DNA of 64,000 bases from Eledone cirrhosa. Taxonomy: Eukaryota. The notes under the pieces are model-generated. The model made no database searches and was not told the DNA's origin. It worked only from the letters and a program-made list of their open reading frames with translations. The stretch lies in the NCBI GenBank assembly GCA_964016885.1, contig OZ024747.1, positions 35,650,001-35,714,000 on the forward strand, in the 5' to 3' direction. Below are positions 41,995-55,602 of this stretch, piece after piece; the stretch's first letter is position 1, and the number at the start of each line of letters is the position of its first letter. Position numbers and translations under genes: made by a program.

Positions 41995-43490
41995 CGTTTC
42001 TGAATTTGTTTAGCAAGATTCTTTATCTGAAATCGTGTGTTGAAACCGATATTGTTATACTTTGGGAGGGTCATGTTGCCAATAAGAAACACACGCACCA
42101 GTAGCTTTCACTTCAATTTATTATAATAAATTTATAATAAATTTATAAATTTATTTATAAATTTCTGGTTAGTTGGTTGGTTCCACAACCAGATAGTTGT
42201 TTATATATTGTCATAGTTCTTTCGTCACACACTATGTGACCTCTTCAGTGACTGGGGTTTCCTTTCTTTGTTTTTGTGCCTCTCCTTTGTTCTGTCCTAC
42301 GCCATTTTGTTTCCGTGTGTGTGTTGTGTGCTCAGTCTGCGCATGCGCCACATCCGTGTGTCTGTGTGTGTTTATGTTCATTTATTTATTTGTTTATTTA
42401 CATGTTACTGGTTGGTTGTTTGTTCTATGTGTGTGTGTGTTTTCATTTTGTCCTTAATTGTAAGTTGTGATGTTGCTGTTCCACTCATATTTTCTATTTA
42501 ATTTTGGTTGTAATTCTTTTATGTTTATTGCCTCTGTGATTTGTCTAAACATTGCGTCTTTTCTGTGTGTAGATTCAATTTTTATTTCTATGTTCTCTAA
42601 TTTACCCTTGTGTTCTATTTTAGCATGCTGGTAGAGTACAGATGATTCTTTACTATCTTGAAGGTCTCGCCAGTGTTCATTTATCCGTTCCCCTACACTA
42701 CGAGCTGTCTCACCTATGTACACTATATTTTTGTATATACATTGTCCCTCAGTACATCTTATGCTATACACTACATTTCTAGTTTTACAGTTAATATGGG
42801 GGCTTATTTTACAGGTTATACATTTCTTATCTATACATGAGGGTATTTTAAAAGGGTATGTATTGCTAATATGTGTTTTTACGGAGGTACCTGGTCTTTC
42901 TACTATCTTAATATTGAGTTTATGTTTATCTAGGGCCCTTCTAAATTTGTAAGCTAATTCACCTCTAGGGGTTGTATCGATGAACATTACACTCTGGTAT
43001 TTTTTTGCTATCATACCATGAGTTTATTCTATTAGCCTTGTTCCTAGTTCTTTCTATTCTATTCCAAAATTTGCTCCTATACAAGGGGCAGGTCCCATTT
43101 ATGTCATTATTTACCATTTTTTACATTTGGTTCTGGCTCCTCTATACACTCTTATTTTATCTCTCTGATTGTAGCCAGAGAACTGCATACGGTGGATGAA
43201 GTGTTGTATGTGTCTCTCTAGTTCTTCGGGCTTGCACATGCGGGACACGTTTCTCATCACCCGTACCACATCTGCAATCAGTATGTTGATTTTGGTATGA
43301 TCCGAAACGGCCGAGTTTCGGTGGATCAGATGTTTGGAAGTCATGGGTTTGGCATAATGGGAATGGAGGATTTGTTTTTTGTTATTAATGGTATCTAACC
43401 AGAGCTCTGTGTCTAGTACAGGTAATCGATGGTTGGGGTGTTTACTTGGGTAGTCTATAGTAACTCTAATATTCTGGTGGATGGAGTTAT
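41992..43490 (-). mobile_element. 5'-truncated PLE, paralogue of 27250-28843
   Basis: DYPSKHPNHRLPVLDTELW, NVVYSIRC..VYIGETARSVGERINEH, LNRKYEW; frameshifts present. Confidence 0.93.
42210..42252 (-). ncRNA. Minimal hammerhead ribozyme in pLTR
   Basis: gtca CTGAAGA g gtcaca-tagtg-tgtgac GAAAG aa CTA tgac. Confidence 0.88.
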
Positions 43491-43763
43491 AATGAAATAG
43501 TATGATAGAATATTAAATTCTAAGTGTTAATTGAACAAGTACTTTCATGCTTTCGCAATCTTCAGGTTCATGATATGTGGTGACAGTCGAGTTTGCAATT
43601 TTCAACTGTAATGAGATGGGTAAATTTACTACCTTTTATACATTTTATACAGAGAAAAGTGGCTCCAGAATGCAAAGCCCTGTAGACACACACACACACA
43701 CACATATATATATCTATATATCTATATATATCTATATATATATATCTATATCTATATATATCT

Positions 43764-43824
<61 letters not shown>

Positions 43825-43830
<6 letters not shown>

Positions 43831-44157
43831 TAACAGATTAAAGTTTAATCAAAGAATCGCTACTTTCACCCTTAACGGACCCCTTCTGAAACTAACGAAG
43901 TCAATCTGTGAACGCAGAAGTGAATATTTCAAAAAAAGTTGCAACCGGAGGAATAAAGGAACACGATACTTTTTTCCCGTTCTTTACCAGGGAACGTTTC
44001 CACGAACCAAAGTATCGTCTTCCTGTCTTCCTCCGGGTGCAACGTTTTTTTAAATATTCACTTCTGCATTCACATATTGACTTTGTTAGTTTCAGAAGAT
44101 CCCGTTAAGGGTGAAAGCACCGATTCTTTGCTTAAACTTTAATCTGTTATTTTATAT
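43825..44157. mobile_element. Family D inverted-repeat insertion with CAGAAGA-core HHRs
   Basis: HHR(+) 44088-44138: agttt CAGAAGA t ccc-gttaa-ggg t GAAAGCA ccgattctt TGCTT aaact. Decayed inverted copy 43842-43893. Confidence 0.8.
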
Positions 44158-45157
44158 TTGTTCCACGGTTTGTTCTACGGTTCTTATATATTTGATATAT
44201 ATTTATCCTTATCGAGCACTCTTTGGATTTTAGTCTTCAAATGTATTATTATTACTATATATATATATATGTATATATATGTATGTATGTATACAGACAC
44301 ACGCACGCACGCACACACACACACACACACACACATACACACACAAACACACACACACACACACATATATATATCTATATATTTATATATATCTATATAT
44401 ATATATATATTTATACTAAAACAGAGAGACAGACAGAGGGTGACAATGTTTGCTGAAATCTAGCGGTCAATAAAAGAAAAATAGGCCATTATCTTTATGA
44501 GATCAACTATAAAGATAAATATCGTTAAGTTTAATTACCTTGCATTCTATATTTATGTTTTCTATTACATTTCATCGCTTCCACTAAAGCTATGCATCGT
44601 TAACAGTAATTAAGTATAACTTGTAGCAGTTACATGTTTTAATCAAATTAGATAATTTTGAACACTGAATTGGGCGATTTAAGCATTAATCACTACGCCT
44701 ATCGCATAAGAACGACAGAAAAATTTATCGGCATTCGTAACTTATATTATGTTAAGCTAATTCATTGTAAACGATCACGTGTTTTCTAGATATAGCGGAC
44801 AATAAGACCTTTAAGAGGTCGTATATATAATTTCCATTAACATTGTACTTATTAACATTAGTTCATACAATATTAGGAAAAAATATTACATAGAATCTTG
44901 TAATTTGAATGTTGAATACAAATTAAATTTCCTGATGTTAAATGAAACTATTTAACAATTATTCTCGAGAAATATATATTAAATTTCCGACAGAAATATA
45001 ATAAATTAAATAGATTTGACTGGTTGGATTATGAAATTAATCGTTTTAATAATACATAATAAACGTTAGGTGATATTTTGTTGGAGATTTCGATAACATT
45101 TTCTTTGGATGCTCACATTAAGAGAAGACATTACATTCAAGTAATAGAAGAATATTT

Positions 45158-45335
45158 TATTTGTTTCTACTTTAGTCACAAGGCCAGCAATTACCCTAGT
45201 GCATTACTGGTGCTTTAATTTATCGACCCTGTAAGCATGAAAGGCAAAGCTAATCTCGGCGAGATTTGAAATCAGAACTATTTTGAAAAGCATGGTGTCT
45301 GACGCTCTACCGATACTGACTATCTACCGCCTTAA
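45158..45335 (-). mobile_element. Meta-core tRNA SINE
   Basis: Diverged match to 8452-8637. Confidence 0.82.
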
Positions 45336-45511
45336 AGAAGAATGGGGCTAGTTATGAAAGCCGTCACCCATGCTGCCCAGGCTGACACAAATGTTCTCGA
45401 CTGGCTTGAATCGTCTTTCGTAAGAATATTATAATCTAAGACGACAAATACTTATTAGACCCCTGCCGTGTATTGCCTCCATAATCATAGCATCCTTTCT
45501 TTTATTATACA

Positions 45512-47183
45512 CTAGCTGAATTACCCAGCGTTTCCCGGGTTACTACCGTTCTTATTCAGGTTAGTAAACAATAAATATGAAGATATGTTTTTTTCTTCTC
45601 ATAATTATCTCAAAATATCTATTTTTATTAAAAACATATCAAAAGTGTAATGATAACAGAATTTAGAAATGAAAATCTGCAAAACTTGAAGCACCTTAGG
45701 GTAAACAATATTCATTGTGTAATTCATATATGTGTAGATGTGTGTGTGTATTTAATAAGGTACCTCATGAACGCGCAAACACGCACACACTCACATACAC
45801 ATACATATTCATATAGAAATTGTGACGTACTATTGTTTTAATCCAAAGGAAAATAAAAATTATTACACATACACTAACACACACATACACACTCACATAC
45901 ACCCACACACACTCTCACATACATTCACACACATATACTAAGCCATACACACACAGACATACATTCACGCACACCTGTATGTCATCATATATGTATCTGT
46001 ATTTGTAGATGTGTGTGCGTATTTAATTGTTTGTGTGCACACTCATATGCTCTCAAATACACTCACACACACATATACTCACACACATACACACACATAT
46101 ACACTAACACACAGTCTCACATACACTCACACACATATACTAAGACAGACACACACAGACATACATTCACGCACACCTGTCTGTCACCACATATGTATCT
46201 GTATATGTAGATGTGTGTGTGTATTTAATTGTCTGCGTGCACACTCATATGCTCTCACATACACTCACACACACATATACTCACACACATACACACACAT
46301 ATACACTAACACACAGTCTCACATACACTCACACACATATACTAAGACATACACACACAGACATACATTCACGCACACCTGTCTGTCATCACATATGTAT
46401 CTGTATATGTAGATGTGTGTGTGTATTTAATTGTCTGTGTGCACACTCATATGCTCTCACATACACTCACACACACATATACTCACACACATACACAAAC
46501 GCATACACTCACACACAGTCTCACATACACTCGCACGCCTATACTAAGACACAAACACACAGACATAAATTCACGCACACCTGCCATCACATATGTATCT
46601 GTATGTGTAGATGTGTGCGTGTTTTTAATTGTATGTGTGCAGTCATATAAAAAATGTGACGTTGTTGTAGTGGTTTACTATAGTTGACTAAAGAAAAGAT
46701 CATTAAGTCACTCAATAAACATACACTAACACACACACATACACTGTCACATGCACTCACACACGAACATACACTCTATCATACATTCACATACATATAC
46801 TAAGACGGACACATACACATAGAAAATATGACGTCTACACTCTCGCATACACTCACACACATTATGTGTATGTATGTGTAGATGTGTGAATGTTTAATTC
46901 TCTGAGGCTTACCATGCATAACACACACACATACACATACACACTCATATACAAAATGTTTCGTCATGGTAATGATGGTTTACTATAGTTGACTATAAAA
47001 ATATTATTTAAGTTAAAATCTTATATTGTTTTAATCCAAATGAACATAAAATTTACATGCTGTCACTCTCGGGGGCTAATACTATGAACCTTGTAAAATT
47101 GTATTTGATTTGGTCCAGCCGTTTGATAATGAATGGAAACAGAGAGACAGGCAGACATACAGACAACGAATTCAGTATATAGA
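45512..47183 (-). mobile_element. Non-autonomous Helitron carrying a 202-bp minisatellite
   Basis: Minus-strand 5' TCtatatactgaattcgttgtctgtatgtctg; 3' acccgggaaacgctgggtaattcagCTAG|t. Confidence 0.72.
45865..46650. repeat. ~202-bp CA-rich tandem repeat, about 4 units
   Basis: gtagatgtgtg recurs at ~200-bp spacing; ORF starts at 46011, 46213 and 46415. Confidence 0.92.
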
Positions 47184-47829
47184 GAGATATACCCTATAGG
47201 AAAATTGTGTGTATATGTATGTATGTATGTGTGTATGTTTGTTTGAGTATAAGTGCGTATGTATGTAGGTTTATATGCATATGTGCATATATATATATAT
47301 ATATATTTTCGTTTTCCATTCTATAATAATCTGCTCCGTAGGAGCCTAGAGTCCTCAACCGGCATACCGCCTACGTATATATCTGTATGTATATATGTAT
47401 CTATGTATGTACTTACGTATGTAGGCATGTGTGTGTCTGTGTCTCTGTGTATATATATATATATATTAATTTCAAGAACGTCAGTATTCCGTGTGTCATA
47501 ATTCTCGATTATCATTGGTTCTTAGGTTTCAAACGGCTCCGTCCACCTCAACGACGCCAAACTTAAATTAATAAGCATAATGCCAATGAGGGAGTGAGAG
47601 GGAAGAGTAAGAAATAGAGAGGCAAAATGAACGCTGTAACCATTACCTTGTGTGTGTGTATATGTACGTGCGCGTATGTTTATGTTTGTGTGCGTGCGTG
47701 CAGCGTTCCACAGAAAGTAAAAACTATCAACCTGTGTGAGTGTGTAAGTGTGTGTAAGTGCATGGGTGCATGTGCGCGTTTCCATGCGTGTATGTGTGTG
47801 TACGTGGGGCGTTCCACAATCGCCACGCA

Positions 47830-48559
47830 GTTTATCTGTCTGTGTGCCTGTCTGTCAGTCTAACTTACACAGAGTTGTGAAAGGAGTAAATAGGAACCTT
47901 TTTTTTACATTGACGGACATCTTTTATATTTATTATTGTCATTTTTTGACAATTGCTCGAAATCAATAATGATAATAAAAACAATTCGTCTTTATCAGTG
48001 AACTACAGCGGCCACGGCATGCAGCCAGTAATGAAGAAAAACGGGCCGAACAGCGCCATCGGAACGCCGAAATGCAGAGGCGAAGACGTGCCGCCATGAA
48101 TGAAGAGGAGCTGACTGAACAACGCCAACGAAACACTGTAAAACACTATAGCCAAGCTGCTATTGTTGAAGGCGAACTGGCTGAGCATCATCTTTTATAT
48201 TAATTATATATATCTGCATATAATATAAAAGATTGAAACTTCCATCATCCTTTTGAGAAACGTGGAATAACCACGTCTATGCAATGATACACGATTTACA
48301 ATCAGGCAGAAGATGAACCATCTCCTAGAGGTCACTATTCTAGTTGGGAGCACCTAGAATTGGTAATAGACTATGCACAAAAGGTACAACGAAGAATCTG
48401 GTATATCTGGTAGATTTCTTTTACTGTTTTTGTATCACACAGACACTACGAACTCGCCTCATACTGTAACCAGACAAACATCCAGTACAGTCATGTTCTC
48501 TTTTACCTGTCTTCTCTCATCATCCGTTTACCCGGGTGAAGTTGGTTACGTCAGCTATT
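47830..48559 (+). mobile_element. Deleted Helitron derivative with a Rep-helicase N-terminal repeat fragment
   Basis: 48000-48195 reads ELQRPRHAASNEEKRAEQRHRNAEMQRRRRAAMNEEELTEQRQRN...LAEHHL; decayed hairpin end acccgggtgaagttggttacgtcagcta. Confidence 0.55.
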
Positions 48560-48560
48560 A

Positions 48561-49374
48561 TCTATATATATAAAACTGTGGTTGTCTGTCTGTCTATCGA
48601 TTTTTGGCACACATCTCCTCTTAGAATCTCTCACGGAATTGCACCGAAATTGCTATACTTGTACATTGAGCCCTAGCGAAGACATCGGAAAAAAATATTT
48701 CAAATTGACCCACCCTATGTGACGAAATCGAATATAATGTATCGATTTTTGAGCGTAAGTTATCAATTATTTCTCTTTGTTCTGTTTACATTGAGCGTCT
48801 TACGTAAAAAATTACGCTGGCTTTCTCAGCGTTTAAAATGACATTAACACAATACACGAACAGTTGTCGAGCCAGCAAAATATTGACCTGCAAAATTCAT
48901 CAGTTCGAACACTAAGCTTCCGTTTTGCTTCATTTCCATTTGAAAGCATTTTAAAACAATATTTTTACTTGAAAACAAGTCTATTTAAAGACTACGTAAA
49001 ACAAGCAAATATTTCAGGCGTGCAGACAGACAGTCGTACAGAGAGGTGATATAGGCGTGCAGACAGACATAACTGATAATTTGGTTACGCTAATGTTTTT
49101 CTCTGCGTTGCAGTGTTTACATTTTCGATCTTTGTTAATAAATAACCAGTGCAGTTTTTATCCCCAGCATCCTCTTTTGTTATAACATTCGGGTTATCGT
49201 TATGTTTTCTTAACTTCATAAGGCATATTGTTGGTTGAGGGAATATTAATCAAAAACACCACATGCAAGTCTGCACAGTAGACACTACAGTTTTTAAGCC
49301 AAAAAAGAAACTTAACATTGTAACTTTAACACAGCTGCTGAGCGACCCCGAGCAACGCCGGGCTTTACTGCTAG
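48561..49374 (+). mobile_element. Full-length non-autonomous Helitron
   Basis: a|TC start, (TGTC)n near the 5' end, cccg-agcaacgc-cggg hairpin, CTAG|t end. Confidence 0.85.
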
Positions 49375-49589
49375 TATATATATATATATATATATATTAG
49401 GGTAAACATTGATGCAATTCAATTCAAGCACTCAACGTACTTTTTCCACATAGGAGTTCCTTATTCTATATATATATATGTATATGTGTATGTATGTATA
49501 TGTATGATTGTCTATATATGTATGTATGCATTCATGTATGTATATATGCACTCATGTATGTGCCCAGCCAACCAAACATATATGGTTTT

Positions 49590-49692
49590 AATAACTGTTT
49601 CTACTGTTGGCACAAGGCCAGCAATTACCCAGTACATTACTGGTAGTTTATTTCATCGACCCCGTCAGGATGAAAGGCAAAGTTAATCGCGG
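49590..49692 (-). mobile_element. Meta-core SINE 3' half
   Basis: tcgaccccgtcaggatgaaaggcaaagtt. Confidence 0.8.
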
Positions 49693-49902
49693 CAACGATG
49701 TGTAATTGTGGTACATAAGTACAACTGTATATTGTGGTGAACTTATTACTATTTTTTTTTCCTCTTTTATTTGCAGCCTACCTTCGTCTTAGGTACATTG
49801 CTTACGATGTAAATCACAAACAACGACATCGGTAGATTCCGGCCGCTTTCGTAGTCGCTAATGATATATATACTATATACATATATATACATATATATAT
49901 AA

Positions 49903-50040
49903 ATATAAGGAAAACTGATGAAATTGAAAATGCAACTGGAGACCTTTTGTTTTAAAATATATTTATTTGGCTCCTTTACCGGTTTCGCAGTTCTTGTGCT
50001 TTTCAAAAGTAGAATTGAGATGGAGGGTTTGTGGTTTTTC
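49903..50040 (-). mobile_element. Family C copy with U3-A8 HHR (49973-50010)
   Basis: actt TTGAAAA gcac-aagaa-ctgc GAAACCGGTA aagg. Confidence 0.8.
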
Positions 50041-50254
50041 ATATATTTTTCACATATTTAGTATGTATTATGAATGTATATATGAATTTGTATGTGTGTA
50101 TGTGTATATGTATATATGTCTCTATGTACCTGTGTGTTCGGCACTGTCTCCATAAATGCAGAGATGGCCGAACTCACACACGCACGCATATTCTAAGTAG
50201 ACTGTTTTAGCGACAACGAAAACTCATGGAAACTACCCAAGACAATGTTTATTA

Positions 50255-50430
50255 TAATCGGTAGAGCGTCGAACAACATGTTTTGCGATATATTGTCACG
50301 GTACTTTAAGGTCTGAGTTCAAATCCTGTCGTGGCTATTTTTACCTTTCATCCTTACGGGGTCGATAAAATAAAGTAACATTAATGCACTGGAGCCGGTT
50401 TAATCATCTTTCGCCTCCCCTGCAATTGTT
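50255..50430 (+). mobile_element. Meta-core tRNA SINE
   Basis: gagttcaaatcc...cctttcatccttacggggtcgataaaataaagta. Confidence 0.8.
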
Positions 50431-51413
50431 GACCCGAAAAGGTGGGGTTATCCGCAGTTCACAGAGTGCACCTGAAAATGCTAGCAACCCTTGGTGCCCA
50501 TGCTGAATTTTCAACAGCAACTTTTGCTAGGTGTGTTTATGGCAGATCATTTTTTTGTGTGGAACTATCAATAGCTCTTTAAGTTATAATTCCTTCTTCT
50601 ATCCAGCTTTCTTCATTCAGAGTGAATAAGCCGGGGAAGTTTTAGGTCGAAGAGTATGGAACTTATTCAACAAACTTATGTGTAAGAATAGCAAACATAC
50701 TGCCTTAGCGTTCAAGAACAAACACAGAACACTGGAGGAAGTGATCGCAATTATTGAAGAAAGTATTACCGAGTGAACATATTCAGATATTGTTCAAGCA
50801 CCCTGTATATCACCGTTTGTAAAGCCCTTCGAATGACTGAAACAATTCAATAAAACCATCCCGTTTTCGCCTATAGTAGACATAACCCGAAAAACCACAT
50901 CATAATAGGTGGGATAAACAATTAGAAGTGCTGGCTCTAAAGACGGCCTTGTAACGTTCACAGTTGCAAAGAGTCAATGATGGAGGATAAGTTACATTTT
51001 GTTAATTCGTGTTAATCTTCCCACGATCCGACACCTCGAAATATTGACACAATAGACTCTACTCTCAAAGACGACATGTTACAATTAGCATGATGTCGGG
51101 AGTACGAATATTCGTCAACATACGATTTGGGTTTTATTCTACGCACTAATCTCAGGATAAGCCAAATTCCAGGTCATTGATGATCATATTTTTTTGTAAA
51201 TTATCACCGATTCCTAGCGTTGACCTTTATGTGACCTAAGCGATTGCACGTCTTCAGAATCCATATCAGTGGATGTGATATATATATGTGATATACATAC
51301 TAACACACACATATATCCTAAAAACGATCGTAAAATGAGGATTTTTTTTAATATGAGGAACTGTTTCTTTGTTTTTATTCATTAATTTTATTAATTTATA
51401 TATATATATATAC

Positions 51414-51459
<46 letters not shown>

Positions 51460-51462
<3 letters not shown>

Positions 51463-52162
51463 TATGTATGTATACGTACATACATATATGTATACAGACG
51501 TGCATTAGCATGTACATATATACATACAGGCACATATATATATATATATGCACGTAAACTGTATCGTGCATATATATATATGTGTGCCTGTATGTATATA
51601 TATATATACATGCTACTGTACGTCTGTATACATATATGTATGTACGTATATATACATACTTACATTTAAGTAAGTGCCGTACTAAGAGTGAGAAATGAAA
51701 TTTCGTTTCATTCTATTCCATTTATCGTTTTCGGTGCGCCTGGCCGACTGAACTCACTCGATATGCAACTTAGGCTGCTCAGCCGTTAATTTTCATAAGG
51801 AAAGTATATACTTTCGGACGTTCAACCATCTGGCAGAAAGGTATACGGTGCTGACGATAGCTAATAAGCTTGAAACTAGTACATCGTTCCTGTGTCAGTG
51901 TTGAACAAAAAGGTGACGTGGTTGCCTTAACACCGTACGGCGTAATTCAGGCTGTTTGTTTACAAACGAACAAACCGAGCACTATAATAAATGTTCGGTA
52001 AACTGATACGTGCATCTATATATGTGTGCCTGTATGTATATATATACATGCTACTGTACGTCTGTATACATATATGTATGTACGTATACATACATACTTA
52101 CATTTAAGTAAGTGCCGTTCTAAGAGTGAGAAATGAAATTTCGTTTCATTCTATTCCATTTA
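51460..52162 (+). mobile_element. Family A, terminally redundant copy (period 438)
   Basis: tacatttaagtaagtgccgt at 51661 and 52099; short inverted piece at about 51460-51530; between (TA)n tracts. Confidence 0.85.
51846..51886 (+). ncRNA. Intact minimal hammerhead ribozyme, family A
   Basis: cggtg CTGACGA t agct-aata-agct t GAAAC ta GTA catcg. Confidence 0.9.
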
Positions 52163-52180
52163 TATATATATATATATATA

Positions 52181-52397
52181 AGGATCGATCGACTTTCGTC
52201 AAATCGGGCCGAGGACACTGTTTCCGTTGGTCTTTCCAGTTGCTAGTACTATCTATCGGTCGCAACACTAGGTAGAAGGAGCAATGTGAAATAAAGTATC
52301 TTGCTCAAGGACATAACGCATTTCCGGGCCAAGGGATCGAACTCACAGCCTCAAGATTGTGATTCCAATTTTCTAACCACTCAGCCACACGCCTTCA
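52181..52397 (-). mobile_element. Full-length tRNA/CORE-type SINE
   Basis: Homologous to 38685-38902; A and B boxes present. Confidence 0.88.
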
Positions 52398-52829
52398 TAT
52401 ATTAATATATATATATATACACACACACACATACACACACCACACAAAGACATACATCTGTTCAGTCTGCTTTATTTGAAATTTCTTCATGCATATTTCT
52501 AATAAGTTGTTTCCTCGTTTTGGAGGACTGAGTTGCGGGAGGAGGAAGCGGAGTAGTGGGAGGGAGTGTTTAACATACCGTAGTAGTATCTCTTCTTCCC
52601 CATCTCTCAAGAAACATCTTCTCTTTCCTCCTCCTTTGTAAAGATGCCTCCATTATCGAATTGTATTAACATCCAATTAGCCAGTCCTGTTTCTGAATAT
52701 AATCTTAACATGTGAGACATTTTTCATCAGGATCAGGTCACTGGTGTAGGTGACAACTGGTTATACACAGATTACACAGATACACAGACAGACAGAAATT
52801 ACCATTTATATAGTAGATAAAGGAAAGGG

Positions 52830-53025
52830 CAGTGGGTTGGAAATCTAGGTAGAGCATTTGGACATCATGCTTTGCTCTGTAACGCTACACCCCTTTAATA
52901 CTTTGATTGGAAACCCACCGAGTTTAGCTTTGCTTTTCGTCTATACGGATCGATAAAATAAAGTACTAGAAACACACAGGGGTAGATTTAATCGACCTTG
53001 CCCCTTTCCCAAAATTGTTAGCAGA
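52830..53025 (+). mobile_element. Decayed Meta-core SINE
   Basis: gatcgataaaataaagtacta core remnant. Confidence 0.6.
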
Positions 53026-54890
53026 AACTAATATTTTTGTTATTATTGCAGTTTCTACTAAATAAGGTGTGATCATGTGAAGCTTACGTTTGAATGAGGC
53101 TAATGTATAATCTCAGAACGTTTCGGCTTCCCCCAGAGCATCTTTGGGTCTCGTGATATATAATCTCTGTGGGCCCATTCCAGGGCTTCCAGTACAATTC
53201 ATAGGCCTATCAATAATTCTTGACACCATGGAGGGCAACTGTAATATATTTTACGAATCGGCACCTCTTCCTATGACTTGAACGTGTCACATGAAATATC
53301 GCACAAAACACTGTGAGTTATGCGTGGCTTTAGTTTTCTGGCCATATTGCAGTGTTTAGGTGGTCTTATTGCCGTCCGTCACCAATTTCATAATTTTCCC
53401 AGACCTGCGAAAACTAGGCTTTTGTAGATGCAACCTTTACTCAATTGATAGTCTTTTGGGGTTATGTATGTTTTCTTCGGAGCTAACATTGTTACCCATT
53501 GCTCCATCTCCCCTCGTAGTTTACCGCTGTAGTTCCGGTATTGCTCATTCGTCCGGAAGGGGCCCGCTAATATCAGAACTAATCATCAGATCCGATGACT
53601 GTATCGCTATCCTCCACCGGCAAACCCCTTTCGTAGAAGACTACTTTGAAAATCTATATTGCTATTTAATCTTCACTGCATCAATTAACCAGACAGATAA
53701 TATTTTTTCCAGCCGACATTACTCAGGTTTTGTCGTTCTACATGAATCTCGTATACCCGCATGCTACAACGTTCCCTCTTGTTAATATGTAGATTGTCTG
53801 CAAAGGCGTTTTCTCAGAAGTTGGTGTTTCTTTAAATTAATAGTTGTATTGATAATATTGTCAACTACTTTTAATGAAAATTAACTTCAATTTTGCATAT
53901 TTCTACTTCCAAATATCAAGCGACTATATGAAGGATTGCACAACCTCGATTTTACTCGAATTGCAATCTTGCATATCACCAAGAAAACTAATGTAAAACG
54001 CTATCAATAATTTTTCCAAGATTTTGTACGTAACTTGGTAGGTAAAGAACATAGTGTAATTAATCTCGTTGCTTAATATATCATTTAACATTCAAAATGG
54101 CTTTGTACTTTCTGAAAGATTAAAGATTCACAATAGATTGTGCTATGCAAAGCGAAACTGGATTTCATATCACCCCTGCGAATAAAAGATGTAGGCTTAT
54201 AAAAGTTCCAATGAATATTACTGGCATTAATTTGAGATGAAAAGAAATGTAAATATGAACATACCATGGAATTGCAACGACGATTGCGACTTATTTCTTA
54301 CATTTACCCTTTGAGGTAATAATTTTTCCTCCGTATTACAGGAAAGATTTTGTAATACCTTGAACTTCCATGATCGACTGATCAATAACCGTTTTATCAT
54401 ATACAAATTTGCTATATAACGTTAGAATCGTTCAAGTAGTGTTTACATTGCCCCAACTCAGGGTAAATGATGTACAGCTAAATTTAAAATATCTGATTTC
54501 GTTCGTTATATTTCTGGACACACCTTCAAAGAAATGTGAATGCATTTGATATATTTTATATGCATATGTTATATTTTACTCACAATTTGCATTTAGTTAA
54601 ATTGATACGTTCTATAAAATGGTATTTCTATTAATTATATATTTGTCACGGTTATGATACGCTTTCATTTGTAATCGCTGTCATTGAAATGATTTATATG
54701 TAAATATCTCGTTAGTGTAAGGGAGGTAATATCCATATGTCTATCTCATTACCCATGTAATTTGGACATATACTGAAAAGATGATTGAGATGTGATATGA
54801 AGCATGCATAGGAGAATGACTTTTGTCTCAAAATTAACCATATGTTTTTATTTTGATTAATATAGATTAATTCTTTTCATCTCAAATTTC

Positions 54891-54951
54891 CTTCTTCTTC
54901 TTCTTCTTCTTCTTCTTCTTCTTCTTCTTCTTCTTCTTCTTCTTCTTCTTC
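54891..54951. repeat. (TTC)n microsatellite
   Basis: Direct reading. Confidence 0.97.
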
Positions 54952-55514
54952 TGCTGCTTGATAATATGTTCTCTATTTATAGATTTTAACATTTCGGGAC
55001 GAATTCTAAGCTTCCCATTAGCCATGACACACTTGAGCTCTTGTGTCCTCAGACCCGAGAAATTAGAATTTACTCGTAGATGCACCACATATTCATTAGA
55101 AGATGTTATAATTAGATCATCAATGTTTCGCTCCAACTTCTGAGGATGCACCTCTCTTCCAAGACAACACCAGACGTGTTGCTGACAGAAGGCGTGAGGC
55201 ATGATTACTTATCAGACATCCCCGAAATGTCTGCAAGAAAACTGCTTGCTGATCTGAAATTTTTATAGCATTATATTCAGAAACTTGCCTTAGTATGATG
55301 ACACAGTTTATCAACAAATACCTCGTTCATGCATAATAACGCAATTTATAGGCATGAACGAACAGGTAAGGATTATCATTATTTTCCGTCTTACGTTAAG
55401 ATATGATTAAAACAATAGTGTTTTCGTCGCATTTACCAATGGACGTCAGATTGTACAATGCTTCATAAATATGGATGACTTAGATGAGAACCTATTCAAA
55501 ATAATTATGCAATA

Positions 55515-55601
<87 letters not shown>

Positions 55602-55602
<1 letters not shown>

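Noticed and set aside
42030-42062. Plus-strand ctgaaatcgtgtgttgaaaccgat as an antisense hammerhead
   Set aside because: Core is non-canonical and unpaired; the real motif is on the sense strand at 42210-42252.
50600-53800. Possible decayed transposase (about 50700) and APE-like (about 53600, minus strand) traces
   Set aside because: Only a few residues resemble motifs; not supportable.
55074-55253. Minus-strand tttcag...gtaaat exon-like interval
   Set aside because: All three frames contain stops.
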